Shown piece by piece: positions 1-8,712 of a stretch of 64,000 nt of DNA. Source of the stretch: an uncultured Gammaproteobacteria bacterium (GTDB taxonomy: Bacteria; Patescibacteriota; Patescibacteriia; UBA11705; JABHMO01). The position numbers and the translations under genes are program-made. A model generated the notes under the pieces. The model was not told where the DNA came from, searched no databases, and saw nothing but the letters and a program-made list of their open reading frames with translations. Within the stretch, counting starts at the first letter, position 1. Each line of letters starts with the position of its first letter. Location: positions 90,697-154,696 of the forward strand of contig CAZPYM010000002.1 in NCBI GenBank assembly GCA_964590105.1, read 5' to 3'.

Positions 1-218
1 GGCCGAGAAATCATCTGCACGGTAGTAAGAGTCAAACCAAAGTCCGCCAAAATTCCAAAAAACTGCAAAAAGGCCGTAACCGTAATATAGTAACCAAAAC
101 CTTCTTTGCCCAAATAGCGCGTCATCATGGCCACTGCCACTAAACTCAAAATTAAACTGATAAATTTACCGGTCAAATGAATAATCGTGTTATGAGCGAT
201 TTTTTTATTCAAAGTCAT
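1..218 (-). CDS. Polysaccharide biosynthesis/oligosaccharide flippase-like protein (MOP superfamily), N-terminal 72 aa only; gene runs off the window start
   Basis: Manual minus-strand translation from ATG at 218..216 gives MTLNKKIAHNTIIHLTGKFISLILSLVAVAMMTRYLGKEGFGYYITVTAFLQFFGILADFGLT. This is a typical Wzx/RfbX-type N-terminus (TM helix plus conserved GxxGFG region). Not in the ORF track because it is truncated by the window edge. Confidence 0.45.
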   Translation of the reverse strand, partial: MTLNKKIAHNTIIHLTGKFISLILSLVAVAMMTRYLGKEGFGYYITVTAFLQFFGILADFGLTLTTVQMISR

Positions 219-460
219 ATTTCATTAATCATTAAACATGGGACATTATTCATAGAGAGTAGGGCTACCCTTCTTTTCTAATCTTGTGTAGGAGGGATTC
301 CCGAATCCCGCCGCCCTTTTCCACGTTCTCCATTCCATGTTCCGTGTTATGTATTATGTTTCCCGTATTCCTCATTCACTACAATTCTATCACCAAATTA
401 TTGTTACAGCAAAGATATTTTTTGTTTTTCCGCTAAAATTAAGCGCAAACAATTTAACCC

Positions 461-488
461 TTGACAAATAATAGATATCTGCTAAACT
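461..488 (+). promoter_or_regulatory. Candidate sigma70-type promoter (TTGACA, 16-nt spacer, TAAACT) in the AT-rich DNA just upstream of the GC-rich nfeD-flotillin cassette
   Basis: ttgacaaataatagatatctgctaaact read directly. It is followed by the RBS aaaggagg (530-537) and ATG at 542. Confidence 0.3.
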
Positions 489-541
489 ATTCCATTCTGC
501 AATTACGCAGAATTGGGCTCATTGAAAACAAAGGAGGCACT

Positions 542-1174
542 ATGGAAACATGGTGGGTCGCGCTCAGCGGTTCTGAACAGTTTTTCTGGGTAATTGCCAT
601 CATTTCCACAATCTTTTTGCTCTGCCAGTTTGTCATGCTCCTCGTCGGTCTGGATGACCAGCACGATGGGAGCACTGACACTGACGCAGATTTTGACGGA
701 CACGTTGATGGCCACGATCATGACTCTGATTCTGATCATGACCATGACGCCGGCCATCACGGCCTGGCACTCAAGAGTTTCTTTTCCATTCGCAGTTTGG
801 TGGCTTTTTTTCTCGGATTTTCATGGGGGGGACTTGGTTGTTTGGAATCAGGACTGTCACTTTCAGCGGCAGTCGCTATCAGTATCGTTATCGGAATTGT
901 GATGGCCAGTGTGGTTTTGCTGATTTTCCGGGCCCTTGTAGGCCTCCGGAGCAACGGCACGCTATCTGTCAAAAATGCGATCGGCCAGAAGGGCGTTGTG
1001 CTCATCCTGGTCCCGGCTAATAAAAACGGTTACGGAAAAGTGCATGTCACGGTCCAGGGGCGACTCTGCGACCTGACGGCGGTGACGGACGGCGACATCA
1101 GTCTGCCGAGAGGAACCTCCATCACTGTGAAAGACGTGAAAGGCGATTCTCTCGTAGTTGTCAAGGATCAGTAA
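542..1174 (+). CDS. NfeD-like membrane protein (membrane helices plus C-terminal OB-fold NfeD domain), the partner of the flotillin gene; carries an unusual Asp/His-rich insert
   Basis: RBS aaaggagg sits 5 nt before ATG 542 (the ORF-track start at 461 lacks an RBS). Hydrophobic helices, then the C-terminal segment GVVLILVPANKNGYGKVHVTVQGRLCDLTAVTDGDISLPRGTSITVKDVKGDSLVV, typical of the NfeD short-form beta-barrel. Sits immediately upstream of a flotillin gene, as in yuaF-floT type operons. Strongly G+C-rich codon usage. Confidence 0.7.
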   Translation: METWWVALSGSEQFFWVIAIISTIFLLCQFVMLLVGLDDQHDGSTDTDADFDGHVDGHDHDSDSDHDHDAGHHGLALKSFFSIRSLVAFFLGFSWGGLGCLESGLSLSAAVAISIVIGIVMASVVLLIFRALVGLRSNGTLSVKNAIGQKGVVLILVPANKNGYGKVHVTVQGRLCDLTAVTDGDISLPRGTSITVKDVKGDSLVVVKDQ

Positions 1175-1206
1175 CCACCACACAACAACCCAAGAAGGAG
1201 GCTATC

Positions 1207-2907
1207 ATGGTGGCAGGAATCTCAATGTGGGTGATCCTGAGCGCGATTTTCGGGCTCATGGTCTTCATTCTTCTCATCTCGGCGGCGGCGCGCTACAAGC
1301 GCTGTCCGTCCAACAAAATCCTGGTCAAGTACGGCAAGGTCGGCAAGGACAAGTCCGCCGAGTGCATCCATGGCGGCGCCACCTTTGTGTGGCCGCTACT
1401 CCAGTCGTACGAGTATCTTGACCTCATCCCCATGACCATCGAGGTCAGCCTGAAGAGCGCGCTGTCCAAGCAGAACATCAGGATCAACGTGCCTTCCAGA
1501 TTCACCATCGGCGTATCCACCGAACCGCATGTCATGCAGTCGGCTGCAGAGCGCTTGCTCGGCCTGAGCCTCAAGGAAATCGAAACCCGGGCAGAGGACA
1601 TCATCCTCGGCCAGCTTCGCGCCACGATCGCCACGATGAAGATCGAGGAGATCAACAGCGACCGAGAGGGCTTCGAGAAGAAAGTCCAGGACAACGTCGA
1701 ATCCGAGCTGAACAAGATCGGCCTCAAGCTGATCAACGTGAACATCACGGACATCACTGACGAGTCCGGGTACATCGAGGCGCTCGGCAAGCAGGCCGCG
1801 GCCGAAGCCATCAACAACGCCAAAGTGCAGGTCGCCGAGCAGGACAAGGCTGGCGCCAGTGGAGAGGCAGAGGCTCGCAAGGACCAGACCATCAACGTCA
1901 CCGGCGCGGACCGGGAAGGCGCGGTGGTCAGAGCCCAAAACGAAGCCAAGATCTCCGAGGCGGACAAGGAACGCGACGTCAAGCGCGCCCAGTACACCGC
2001 GGAAACCCAGGCCGAAGAAGCCCGCCGCGACCAGGCCAAGCCGAAGGCAGACGCCGTGGCTCGGCAGGCGGTCGTGGTCGAGGAAGTCAAGGTCGAGGAA
2101 CGTCGCCAGCAGGCGCTGGTGGCGGTGAAGGAACGGGAGATCGAAGTAGCCGAGAAATCCCAGCAGGCTACGGTCGTCGTACCGGCGCTGAAGCTGGCAG
2201 ACGCGGCCGAAGCCAAGGCGGACGGCGATCGCCGAGCGGCGGTGAAGACCGCCGAAGGCCAGAAGCAATCGCAGATCCTCGCCGCGGAAGCTGAGAAGCA
2301 GAAGCGGGAACTCGAGGGTCAGGGCGAAGCGGCCCAGATCAAGGCGGTCGGGCTGGCCGAAGCGGCCAGAGTGCAGGCAATCGGCGAAGCCGAGGGCGCG
2401 GCCATCAAAGCCAAGCTCCTGGCCGAGGCCGAAGGTGTACTCAAGAAGGCAGAGGCCTATGCCAAGCTTGACAAAGCCGGAGCACTGCAGATGGTCCTGG
2501 AGAAGTTGCCCGAAATCATCGGCGCACTCGCGCCGGTCATGGCGGCAATCGCCAAGCCCATGGAGGCCATCGACAAGGTGGTAGTCATCGAACAGGGCAA
2601 CGGCGGCGGCGGCTCCGGACAGACCGGGGTATCCCGTTTCACCGGCAATGTGCCGGGAATCCTCTTCTCCTTCCTCCAGAAGGCAGGGGAAATGGGCATC
2701 GACGTCGGTCCCATGCTGAAGAAGGTCGGCATCGATGTCGAGGATCTGTTCAAGGCCGAGGCTCACAAGCCGACCGCCGAGGAACACGTCGACCAGCCGG
2801 CAGTTGAGGCGGCGCCCCCGGCCGCGGAAGCGACCAAGGGGACTCCGCCGGCCATTCCGGCAGATGCCAAACAGGGTGACAAGCACCCGCCCAAGGACGG
2901 CAAGTAA
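1207..2907 (+). CDS. floT: Flotillin-like SPFH/band-7 family protein (FloT/YqiK type) with long Ala/Glu/Lys/Gln-rich coiled-coil region
   Basis: RBS aaggagg at 1194-1200 and ATG at 1207. N-terminal TM helix, SPFH domain and extended EA-rich heptad region (AEQDKAGASGEAEARKDQ... AEAEKQKRELEGQGEAAQIKAVGLAEAARVQAIGEAEGAAIKAKLLAEAEG), characteristic of bacterial flotillins. The antisense ORFs 1293-2216 and 1396-2886 are GC-rich artefacts. Confidence 0.85.
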   Translation: MVAGISMWVILSAIFGLMVFILLISAAARYKRCPSNKILVKYGKVGKDKSAECIHGGATFVWPLLQSYEYLDLIPMTIEVSLKSALSKQNIRINVPSRFTIGVSTEPHVMQSAAERLLGLSLKEIETRAEDIILGQLRATIATMKIEEINSDREGFEKKVQDNVESELNKIGLKLINVNITDITDESGYIEALGKQAAAEAINNAKVQVAEQDKAGASGEAEARKDQTINVTGADREGAVVRAQNEAKISEADKERDVKRAQYTAETQAEEARRDQAKPKADAVARQAVVVEEVKVEERRQQALVAVKEREIEVAEKSQQATVVVPALKLADAAEAKADGDRRAAVKTAEGQKQSQILAAEAEKQKRELEGQGEAAQIKAVGLAEAARVQAIGEAEGAAIKAKLLAEAEGVLKKAEAYAKLDKAGALQMVLEKLPEIIGALAPVMAAIAKPMEAIDKVVVIEQGNGGGGSGQTGVSRFTGNVPGILFSFLQKAGEMGIDVGPMLKKVGIDVEDLFKAEAHKPTAEEHVDQPAVEAAPPAAEATKGTPPAIPADAKQGDKHPPKDGK

Positions 2908-2924
2908 GCGTCCATTGTAATCGA

Positions 2925-2965
2925 TCTCCCGTTACCACCAAGTTGGTATCGGGAGTTTTTTTTGA
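2925..2965 (+). terminator. Rho-independent terminator after the flotillin gene
   Basis: ctcccgttaccaccaagttggtatcgggag followed by tttttttt. Confidence 0.6.
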
Positions 2966-3040
2966 CCGCTTATTGACAATTACTAAATTTACCGTCATAC
3001 TTGGACGAAACAACTGTCCTTTTAAATGGAGGTCTCAATC

Positions 3041-3292
3041 ATGCAATTCGTCTGGTGGAACATCGCGATTGCTTGGGCAATCATTTTTGCAATTTTCTTT
3101 GTAATCCTCAAAATCAAAGCATCCAAGAATCCTACCATCTCCGCTCTTACTTCGTCCGTAATGTCGATTGCAGCTTGCCTTGTTTTTCTCTGTACTCTCC
3201 ATTGGATATGCACTCATATCCTTGTAATTTCGATTGTTGCGTTCTCTGTTGCGGTTCTGACAGTAATATTCCTGCGGTTAAAAAACCAATAA
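3041..3292 (+). CDS. Small hydrophobic membrane protein, hypothetical (83 aa)
   Basis: RBS ggagg 8 nt upstream of ATG 3041. Product MQFVWWNIAIAWAIIFAIFFVILKIK... has two or three TM helices. No recognisable family. Confidence 0.45.
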   Translation: MQFVWWNIAIAWAIIFAIFFVILKIKASKNPTISALTSSVMSIAACLVFLCTLHWICTHILVISIVAFSVAVLTVIFLRLKNQ

Positions 3293-3297
3293 ACGTC

Positions 3298-3330
3298 AAA
3301 ACCAGCCCCTTACCGAGCTGGTTTTTTTAT
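3298..3330 (+). terminator. Rho-independent terminator
   Basis: aaaccagcccct taccga gctggttttttt hairpin plus T-run. Confidence 0.5.
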
Positions 3331-3485
3331 TCTTGAACTCTAATCTTTTATTTTTATTCTTCTCCCTACACTCCGCGCCCCACGTTATGCGTTATATATG
3401 GAAATTGAGATGTAACCACGCTCCTCGCAAAAAAAAGGGGTGGTAGACCTGTAAATTTTAGATTTTTAGTTTCAAATTTCCTTTT

Positions 3486-3550
3486 GCGCCAGAGGCGCAT
3501 CCACCTTTGGCGGAGGATTTTGTCCCGCCATGGCGGGATGGGCTTTGGGC
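3486..3550. repeat. GC-rich palindromic intergenic repeat element, copy 1 (two inverted units)
   Basis: gcgccagaggcgcatccacctttggcggagg / attttgtcccgccatggcgggatgggctttgggc. Matches 11263-11298 and 20137-20187; see findings. Confidence 0.45.
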
Positions 3551-3551
3551 T

Positions 3552-3815
3552 TTATTTCACTGGATCATTCCCACCTTTTGAAAACGGGTTACATCGCAAA
3601 ACACGCCAAATCGCCTTAGAGCCGCCCTTGAATACGCCATACTTTTCAACAGCTTCATAACCATACTGCGAACAAGTCGGATGAAACCGGCAATAACCAC
3701 CCGGAAACATATGTTTCAGCGGACCATGGTCAAAAGACAAAGTGTTCTGATATATTCTAATCATTTTAAGCAAAACAATCCGAGGATAATATTTAAATAT
3801 TGAGATCTTCGTCAT
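3552..3815 (-). CDS. yidD: Membrane protein insertion efficiency factor YidD
   Basis: ...[70 protein letters not shown] matches the YidD signature (IRxYQ, CRFxPTCSxY, RCHPxxxGGxDPV). Start placed at the MTKISIF Met (cat at 3813-3815), which gives the usual N-terminal length. Immediately downstream of rnpA. Confidence 0.85.
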   Translation of the reverse strand: MTKISIFKYYPRIVLLKMIRIYQNTLSFDHGPLKHMFPGGYCRFHPTCSQYGYEAVEKYGVFKGGSKAIWRVLRCNPFSKGGNDPVK

Positions 3816-3849
3816 AAAATAAAAAGTGGGGGGGGAAAGGTGACACCAA

Positions 3850-4206
3850 TTATAACAGGCCAACTTGTTTAAGTAAATAAATCAGTTCTTTTTCGATGAC
3901 TAAATATTCTTTGTCTTTAATTGCCGACTTAACAATAATCAAACAATCATTTTTGATTTTTAATTTATCTAATTTAAGTCTGATTATTTCGCGCAACTGC
4001 CTTTTGATTTTATTCCTACCGGTAGCTCGCTTGTCAATTTTATTACTAATAATAAACCCAAACCGCGGATTATCAATTCCATTATTAAAACACTTGACAA
4101 TCAAAAGCTGCCCGGCCGTATTTCTACCTTTCTTTTGCTTGAATTCCCGACCAAAAAAAGCATCAAATTCTTTTTGTTTGGTAATTCTATTTTTTTTGTC
4201 CAACAT
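3850..4206 (-). CDS. rnpA: Ribonuclease P protein component
   Basis: Basic 118-aa protein with the RnpA motif region ([26 protein letters not shown]). Lies in the canonical rpmH-rnpA-yidD arrangement next to dnaA. Confidence 0.85.
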   Translation of the reverse strand: MLDKKNRITKQKEFDAFFGREFKQKKGRNTAGQLLIVKCFNNGIDNPRFGFIISNKIDKRATGRNKIKRQLREIIRLKLDKLKIKNDCLIIVKSAIKDKEYLVIEKELIYLLKQVGLL

Positions 4207-4311
4207 ATATTATATAGGTAATGCAACGAACGCTTCCCGTTTCCTATGTTAAAACAAAAAGCTTCACCTTTTCAAGTGTAGCTTTTTTGCATGAAAAAAT
4301 CCAGGTTAGTT

Positions 4312-4458
4312 TTATCGATCTGAAGAAGTTAGACTCTTCCTGGCGCGCTGTCTTCGCCTTTTCAATATTTTCCTTCCGTCTTTAGATTTCATCCTGCTCC
4401 TAAAACCGTGCTTTTTTAGCTTTTTTCTGGTATTTGGCTGGAATGTTCTTTTGGGCAT
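4312..4458 (-). CDS. rpmH: 50S ribosomal protein L34
   Basis: Not in the ORF track (48 aa). Manual minus-strand translation from ATG (cat 4456-4458) gives [48 protein letters not shown] with stop TAA at 4312-4314. This is an unmistakable L34 sequence (MKRTxQPSxxKRxRxHGFRxRMxTxxGRxVLxRRRxKGRKxLT). Confidence 0.88.
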   Translation of the reverse strand: MPKRTFQPNTRKKLKKHGFRSRMKSKDGRKILKRRRQRARKSLTSSDR

Positions 4459-4772
4459 ATACTAGGTTAGATGATTAAAAGAAAAAACTAAGAAATTAAT
4501 AAATTAAGAAAACAAGAAAAAAGGACCTTCTAATAAACTTAGCTTTGAAAAGTATAGCTCAAAATTAAATGTCTGTCAATGATTTTTTCTCTTGCAATTT
4601 TTTAGATAGTAATATAAAATTTTTACAAGAACTAACTTATCAACAGATTACTAACAGTTTAGACGCCTTTGGGGACATTTCAACAGCTTGTCCACATCTG
4701 CTTGCAGTGCTAAAATACAATCGTTAACAAGAATCTCGCTTCAGCAGGCTAACAAAAATAAAAATCCTTACT

Positions 4773-6152
4773 ATGGAAGATCAAAATCTACAACTTTGGC
4801 AAGCAGTGCTGGGCGAACTCGAGCTAACGCTGAGTAAGGCAAGCTTTACCACTTGGCTGAAAAATACTTTTATTATTGAAAATGAAGACGGCCGGATTGT
4901 TATCGGCGTGCCGAATACTTTTTCCCAAGCCTGGCTAAAACAAAAATATCATCAGAAAATTTACAACCTAATACAATCAAAAACCAAAGACCGAATTAAA
5001 GAAATCCACTATAAAGTCCAAAGCGTAAAAAATTATCAGGAAGAAATTAAAACACTGAAAAAACAAATTGTTGAAACAGCTCAAAATCAAGTAATACCCA
5101 CCAACCCTTCTTCCCCGACAAAAGTTCTGGGGCTCAATCCCAAGTATATATTTAACAATTTTATTGTTGGTAAAGGCAATGAACTGGCGCACGCCGCTTC
5201 CATTGCCGTGTCAGAACGACCGGGATTAACTTATAATCCTCTTTTTATTTACGGCGGCGTTGGTCTCGGAAAAACTCACTTATTGCATGCCGTTGGCAAT
5301 ACTATTTCTGCAAAAGATCCGAGTAAAAAAATTCTTTACGTTACTTGTGAGCAATTTACAAATGATTTCATAAGCGCCATCTCTTCCGGCCGAGCGGAAA
5401 AATTTAATATTGCCTACCGCACAGTGGATGTCCTCCTGATCGACGATATTCAATTTCTAACCGGCAAAGAAGGAACACAGGAAGCGTTTTTTCATACTTT
5501 TAATGACCTTCACCAGCGGGACAAACAAATTGTTTTGACTTCCGACCGACCGCCAAAAGCGATCGCCACGCTGGAAGACCGGCTTCTCTCAAGGTTTGAA
5601 TGGGGGATGATCGCTGATATTTCTCAGCCTGATCTTGAGACCAGAATTGCCATTTTAGAAGCAAAATGCCAGGAAAAAGAATTTGAATTGGAACGGGACA
5701 TCATTCAATATATTACCCTGAATATTCAAAACAACATTCGGGAGCTCGAAGGCGCTCTAAATAAAATAATAGCTTATCATCAACTGAACAAAATCACTCC
5801 CACCCTTGAAAACGTTAAAAAGATACTTTTTTCCATTTCCACTTCCAGCAAAAAAACCGGCGCTGTGTCCGCTCGTCAGCTGATTGAACTGGTTTGCGAT
5901 TTTTATGATTTGACAATTGACGATATGCTCGGCAAGAGCCGGGAAAAAAGACTGGCTTTCCCTCGCCAAATCATTATGTTTCTTCTTCGGGAAGAACTTC
6001 AATGCTCTTATCCAATGATTGGCAATGAACTCGGCGGCCGTGACCACACCACGGCTATGCACGCCCACGAAAAAATTTCCAGAGTCATGGAGTCGGATGA
6101 AAAAACCAGGCAGGAAATAAATTTAATCAAGCAAAGAGTTTACGCGCACTGA
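4773..6152 (+). CDS. dnaA: Chromosomal replication initiator protein DnaA
   Basis: AAA+ Walker A GGVGLGKTHLLHAVG, sensor/box VII region and C-terminal DNA-binding domain (FPRQIIMFLLREELQCSYPMIGNELGGRDHTTAMHAHEKI). Flanked by rnpA/rpmH and dnaN. Confidence 0.97.
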   Translation: MEDQNLQLWQAVLGELELTLSKASFTTWLKNTFIIENEDGRIVIGVPNTFSQAWLKQKYHQKIYNLIQSKTKDRIKEIHYKVQSVKNYQEEIKTLKKQIVETAQNQVIPTNPSSPTKVLGLNPKYIFNNFIVGKGNELAHAASIAVSERPGLTYNPLFIYGGVGLGKTHLLHAVGNTISAKDPSKKILYVTCEQFTNDFISAISSGRAEKFNIAYRTVDVLLIDDIQFLTGKEGTQEAFFHTFNDLHQRDKQIVLTSDRPPKAIATLEDRLLSRFEWGMIADISQPDLETRIAILEAKCQEKEFELERDIIQYITLNIQNNIRELEGALNKIIAYHQLNKITPTLENVKKILFSISTSSKKTGAVSARQLIELVCDFYDLTIDDMLGKSREKRLAFPRQIIMFLLREELQCSYPMIGNELGGRDHTTAMHAHEKISRVMESDEKTRQEINLIKQRVYAH

Positions 6153-6457
6153 TATCCTGTGGAAAACTCCCCGGTTTCAAGGGATAAAATAAGTGGATAA
6201 AAACAAGTCCAATCTGTTCATAAATATCTACCTCGCGGTTTTCCTTCAATAGTCTGTTTTTGTCCCCTGCTCTGATACAGGCATATCAACAATTCATCCA
6301 TAGACCTGTTTGCATAAAATTAAATTAAACAAAGGCTTATCCACCGCTATCCACAGCATTATTATTATTATTATTTTTATATATATATAATTTCTTATAA
6401 TAAGAAGAAGAGCAAATCAATTAAATAGAAAAAAATAAGTCATAAAAAAACTGGGAT
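6153..6457. other. Putative oriC in the dnaA-dnaN spacer: DnaA boxes plus AT-rich unwinding element
   Basis: agtggataa at 6192-6200 (reverse complement TTATCCACT). ttatccacc at 6338-6346 and ctatccaca at 6347-6355. Followed by the pure A/T tract attattattattatttttatatatatataatttcttataataa (about 6360-6410). An additional near-box ttgtccaca at 4688-4696 lies upstream of dnaA. Confidence 0.6.
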
Positions 6458-7585
6458 ATGAAATTAACTTGCTTGCAAGAAAATTTAAACTTCGGACTGC
6501 AGTCAACAGGACATTTGGTAAATAAAAATATTAATTTACCGATTCTTAGTAATGTACTTCTAGAAGCCAAGGAAGGAACCTTAAAACTCTCAAGCACGAA
6601 TCTTGAAATCGGCATCAGCTGTGTGGTTCGTTGCAAAGTTGAAACAGAAGGGTCTTTTACTGTTGACGCCAGGCTTTTGTCTGAATATATAAATTTATTG
6701 CCCAATGAACAAGTAAATATAAATTTAGCTAGTGATGATTTTTTGAAAGTAGCCTGTCGAAATTCAGAAACCAAAATAAAGGGCATCGTGGCGGATGACT
6801 TCCCTGTCATTCCAAAAATCGACAAGCAAAATCCGTATCGTGTAAAAATAGATGAATTTAAAAAAGCAATTTCGCAAGTAATTTTTACGGTCGCCTCATC
6901 AGAAAACAGACCGGAGATTAGTGGAGTATTGCTTAGTTTTAATAAGTTTAAGAAAAATGAATTATTTTTAGCTGGCACGGACAGCTACCGTTTGGCGGAA
7001 AAAAGTGTCGCCCTGGTTGAAGGTCAACAAGAGCAAGACGTGATAGTTCCACTAAAAACAATGCAGGAAGTTTTGCGAATATTGAATAATTTGAAAGATC
7101 AGGCCAATAATGTTGAACAGCTGGACATTTATATTTCAGAAAATCAAATTCTATTTAATTGCGATTCGATTGAATTAATTTCCCGACTGCTTGAAGGGCA
7201 GTATCCTGATTATAAACAAATAATTCCGCAAGAAACAAAAACCAAGATCATAACTTCGGTTGCCGAGCTAAGCAAAGCCATAAAAAAAGTGGCGTTATTT
7301 TCCAAAGCCGGAATTTTTGATATTAATTTAGTATTTGAAGCTCAAAAAGGACTGACAGTCAGCGCAGTGAATACTCAAGTCGGAGAAAGTAAAACTGATC
7401 TTGATGTAGAATTTACCGGCGAAACAAATGATACAACTTTGAACTTTCGATATTTATTGGACGGCTTGAATAATCTAGACTCAAGCGAAGTTGAAATTAG
7501 CCTAGTGGACAATAATCTCCCCTGTATTATGAAAGCAAAAGGAAAAGATGATTATTTGTATATTGTAATGCCGATTAAACAATGA
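6458..7585 (+). CDS. dnaN: DNA polymerase III beta subunit (sliding clamp)
   Basis: 375 aa with the three-domain beta-clamp pattern (MKLTCLQENLNFGLQ..., LLEAKEGTLKLSSTNLEIGI..., MPIK end). Directly downstream of dnaA. Confidence 0.95.
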   Translation: MKLTCLQENLNFGLQSTGHLVNKNINLPILSNVLLEAKEGTLKLSSTNLEIGISCVVRCKVETEGSFTVDARLLSEYINLLPNEQVNINLASDDFLKVACRNSETKIKGIVADDFPVIPKIDKQNPYRVKIDEFKKAISQVIFTVASSENRPEISGVLLSFNKFKKNELFLAGTDSYRLAEKSVALVEGQQEQDVIVPLKTMQEVLRILNNLKDQANNVEQLDIYISENQILFNCDSIELISRLLEGQYPDYKQIIPQETKTKIITSVAELSKAIKKVALFSKAGIFDINLVFEAQKGLTVSAVNTQVGESKTDLDVEFTGETNDTTLNFRYLLDGLNNLDSSEVEISLVDNNLPCIMKAKGKDDYLYIVMPIKQ

Positions 7586-7800
7586 CGCGGATTTAACTAA
7601 TTGCATGAGAATAATGTGGTAAGCGTTGACCAAGCATGTACACATATAATAATTAGAAAATAAAAAATACGCTTCTGATTTGGGGCGTGTTTTTGTCTAG
7701 CGCGGGGCGCTATCATGCCTTAGAGCATGATAGTGAAAACTAGGTAATATAGTTGACATTGCGATTATTTTTGATATATTATATCAAAGTTGATAATTAT

Positions 7801-7876
7801 GCGGGAGTAGCTTAGTTGGTAGAGCGCAACCTTGCCAAGGTTGAGGTCGCGGGTTCGAGTCCCGTCTCCCGCTCCA
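7801..7876 (+). tRNA. tRNA-Gly (anticodon GCC)
   Basis: gcgggagtagcttagttggtagagcgcaaccttGCCaaggttgaggtcgcgggttcgagtcccgtctcccgctcca. Cloverleaf folds by hand; CCA is encoded. Confidence 0.9.
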
Positions 7877-7923
7877 GAAGTAGGGATAATTCATGAATTG
7901 TCCCTACTTCTGGAAATACGCTA

Positions 7924-8011
7924 GCCCCGGTGGCGGAATTGGTAGACGCGCAGGACTTAAAATCCTGTGGTTGTATAAACCGTGCCGGTTCGATTCCGGC
8001 CCGGGGCACCA
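7924..8011 (+). tRNA. tRNA-Leu (anticodon TAA), long variable arm
   Basis: gccccggtggcggaattggtagacgcgcaggacttaaaatcctg...ggttcgattccggcccggggcacca. Acceptor stem gccccgg/ccggggc; anticodon loop cTTAAaa. Confidence 0.85.
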
Positions 8012-8136
8012 CGGAGGAAAAGTCAAAGAGTTTTGGTTCGCCTTGCTTCGCTCGGCGACCAATTGGTATTCAATTTTGGGGGTAAAAACGAATTTACGAT
8101 TTCGCATTTTGGAGGAAGAAAAAAATTTTAATCCTT

Positions 8137-8712
8137 ATGGAACAAAAAGAAATATTAAATTTTGCCAAAAATTCAGAAACCGTTATTTCTGGTAGTTTTC
8201 GAAAGCACATGGAACAAATTGGCAAAGCATTGGACGGTTTTGGAAAAGCTAATGTAAAAGTTCTTGCGCCAACTACAAGAGAAGCCATTAACCAAGATGA
8301 AGATTTTATTATTCTTGCCACTGATGACCCTAGTAAACCGCCACACAAATTGGAAATGGATTTTATGCGAGAAATACGTAAGGCGGATTTTCTGTATGTA
8401 GCTGATGTTGATGGGTATGTCGGACAAAGTGTTGCGACCGAGATGGCATATGCTCGGCTCAAAAATTTACCTGTTGTCGTTGCTGAAGTAATAAAAACTT
8501 TTTCTAGTGAAATTTCCGAGGAAGCACAAGAACTTTTGAAAAAAACTGTTGCTGGGACTCTCGGAATCTCAGACATATCAAAAGAGAAAATAGTGGAACT
8601 CAAACAAAGTTTTTCAAGTTTAGACATGCCGAATTTAACAGAGGAAGAAACTAGAATTTTGCAAACGCTCATTAAGAAATTACTTAAAGATTTAAAATCT
8701 CTACAAAAATGA
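8137..8712 (+). CDS. Nucleoside 2-deoxyribosyltransferase-like protein (Rossmann-like NDT/YtoQ fold) with C-terminal coiled-coil extension
   Basis: Segment FLYVADVDGYVGQSVATEMAYARLKNLPVVV resembles the NDT family active-site region (G..E.GYA.A.GKPV). The C-terminal 70 aa are helical with no recognisable family. Stop overlaps the start of the MazG-like gene (ATGA). Confidence 0.45.
   Translation: MEQKEILNFAKNSETVISGSFRKHMEQIGKALDGFGKANVKVLAPTTREAINQDEDFIILATDDPSKPPHKLEMDFMREIRKADFLYVADVDGYVGQSVATEMAYARLKNLPVVVAEVIKTFSSEISEEAQELLKKTVAGTLGISDISKEKIVELKQSFSSLDMPNLTEEETRILQTLIKKLLKDLKSLQK

Noticed and set aside
1293-2886. Long antisense ORFs (307 and 496 aa) opposite the flotillin gene
   Set aside because: Artefacts of high G+C (few stop codons on any strand). 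The plus-strand product has an RBS, an SPFH domain and flotillin coiled-coil; the antisense products are low-complexity Ser/Ala/Arg-rich with no motifs.
7812-8195. ORFs 7812-8012 (-) and 7893-8195 (+)
   Set aside because: They overlap tRNA-Gly and tRNA-Leu and translate stem sequences; not coding.
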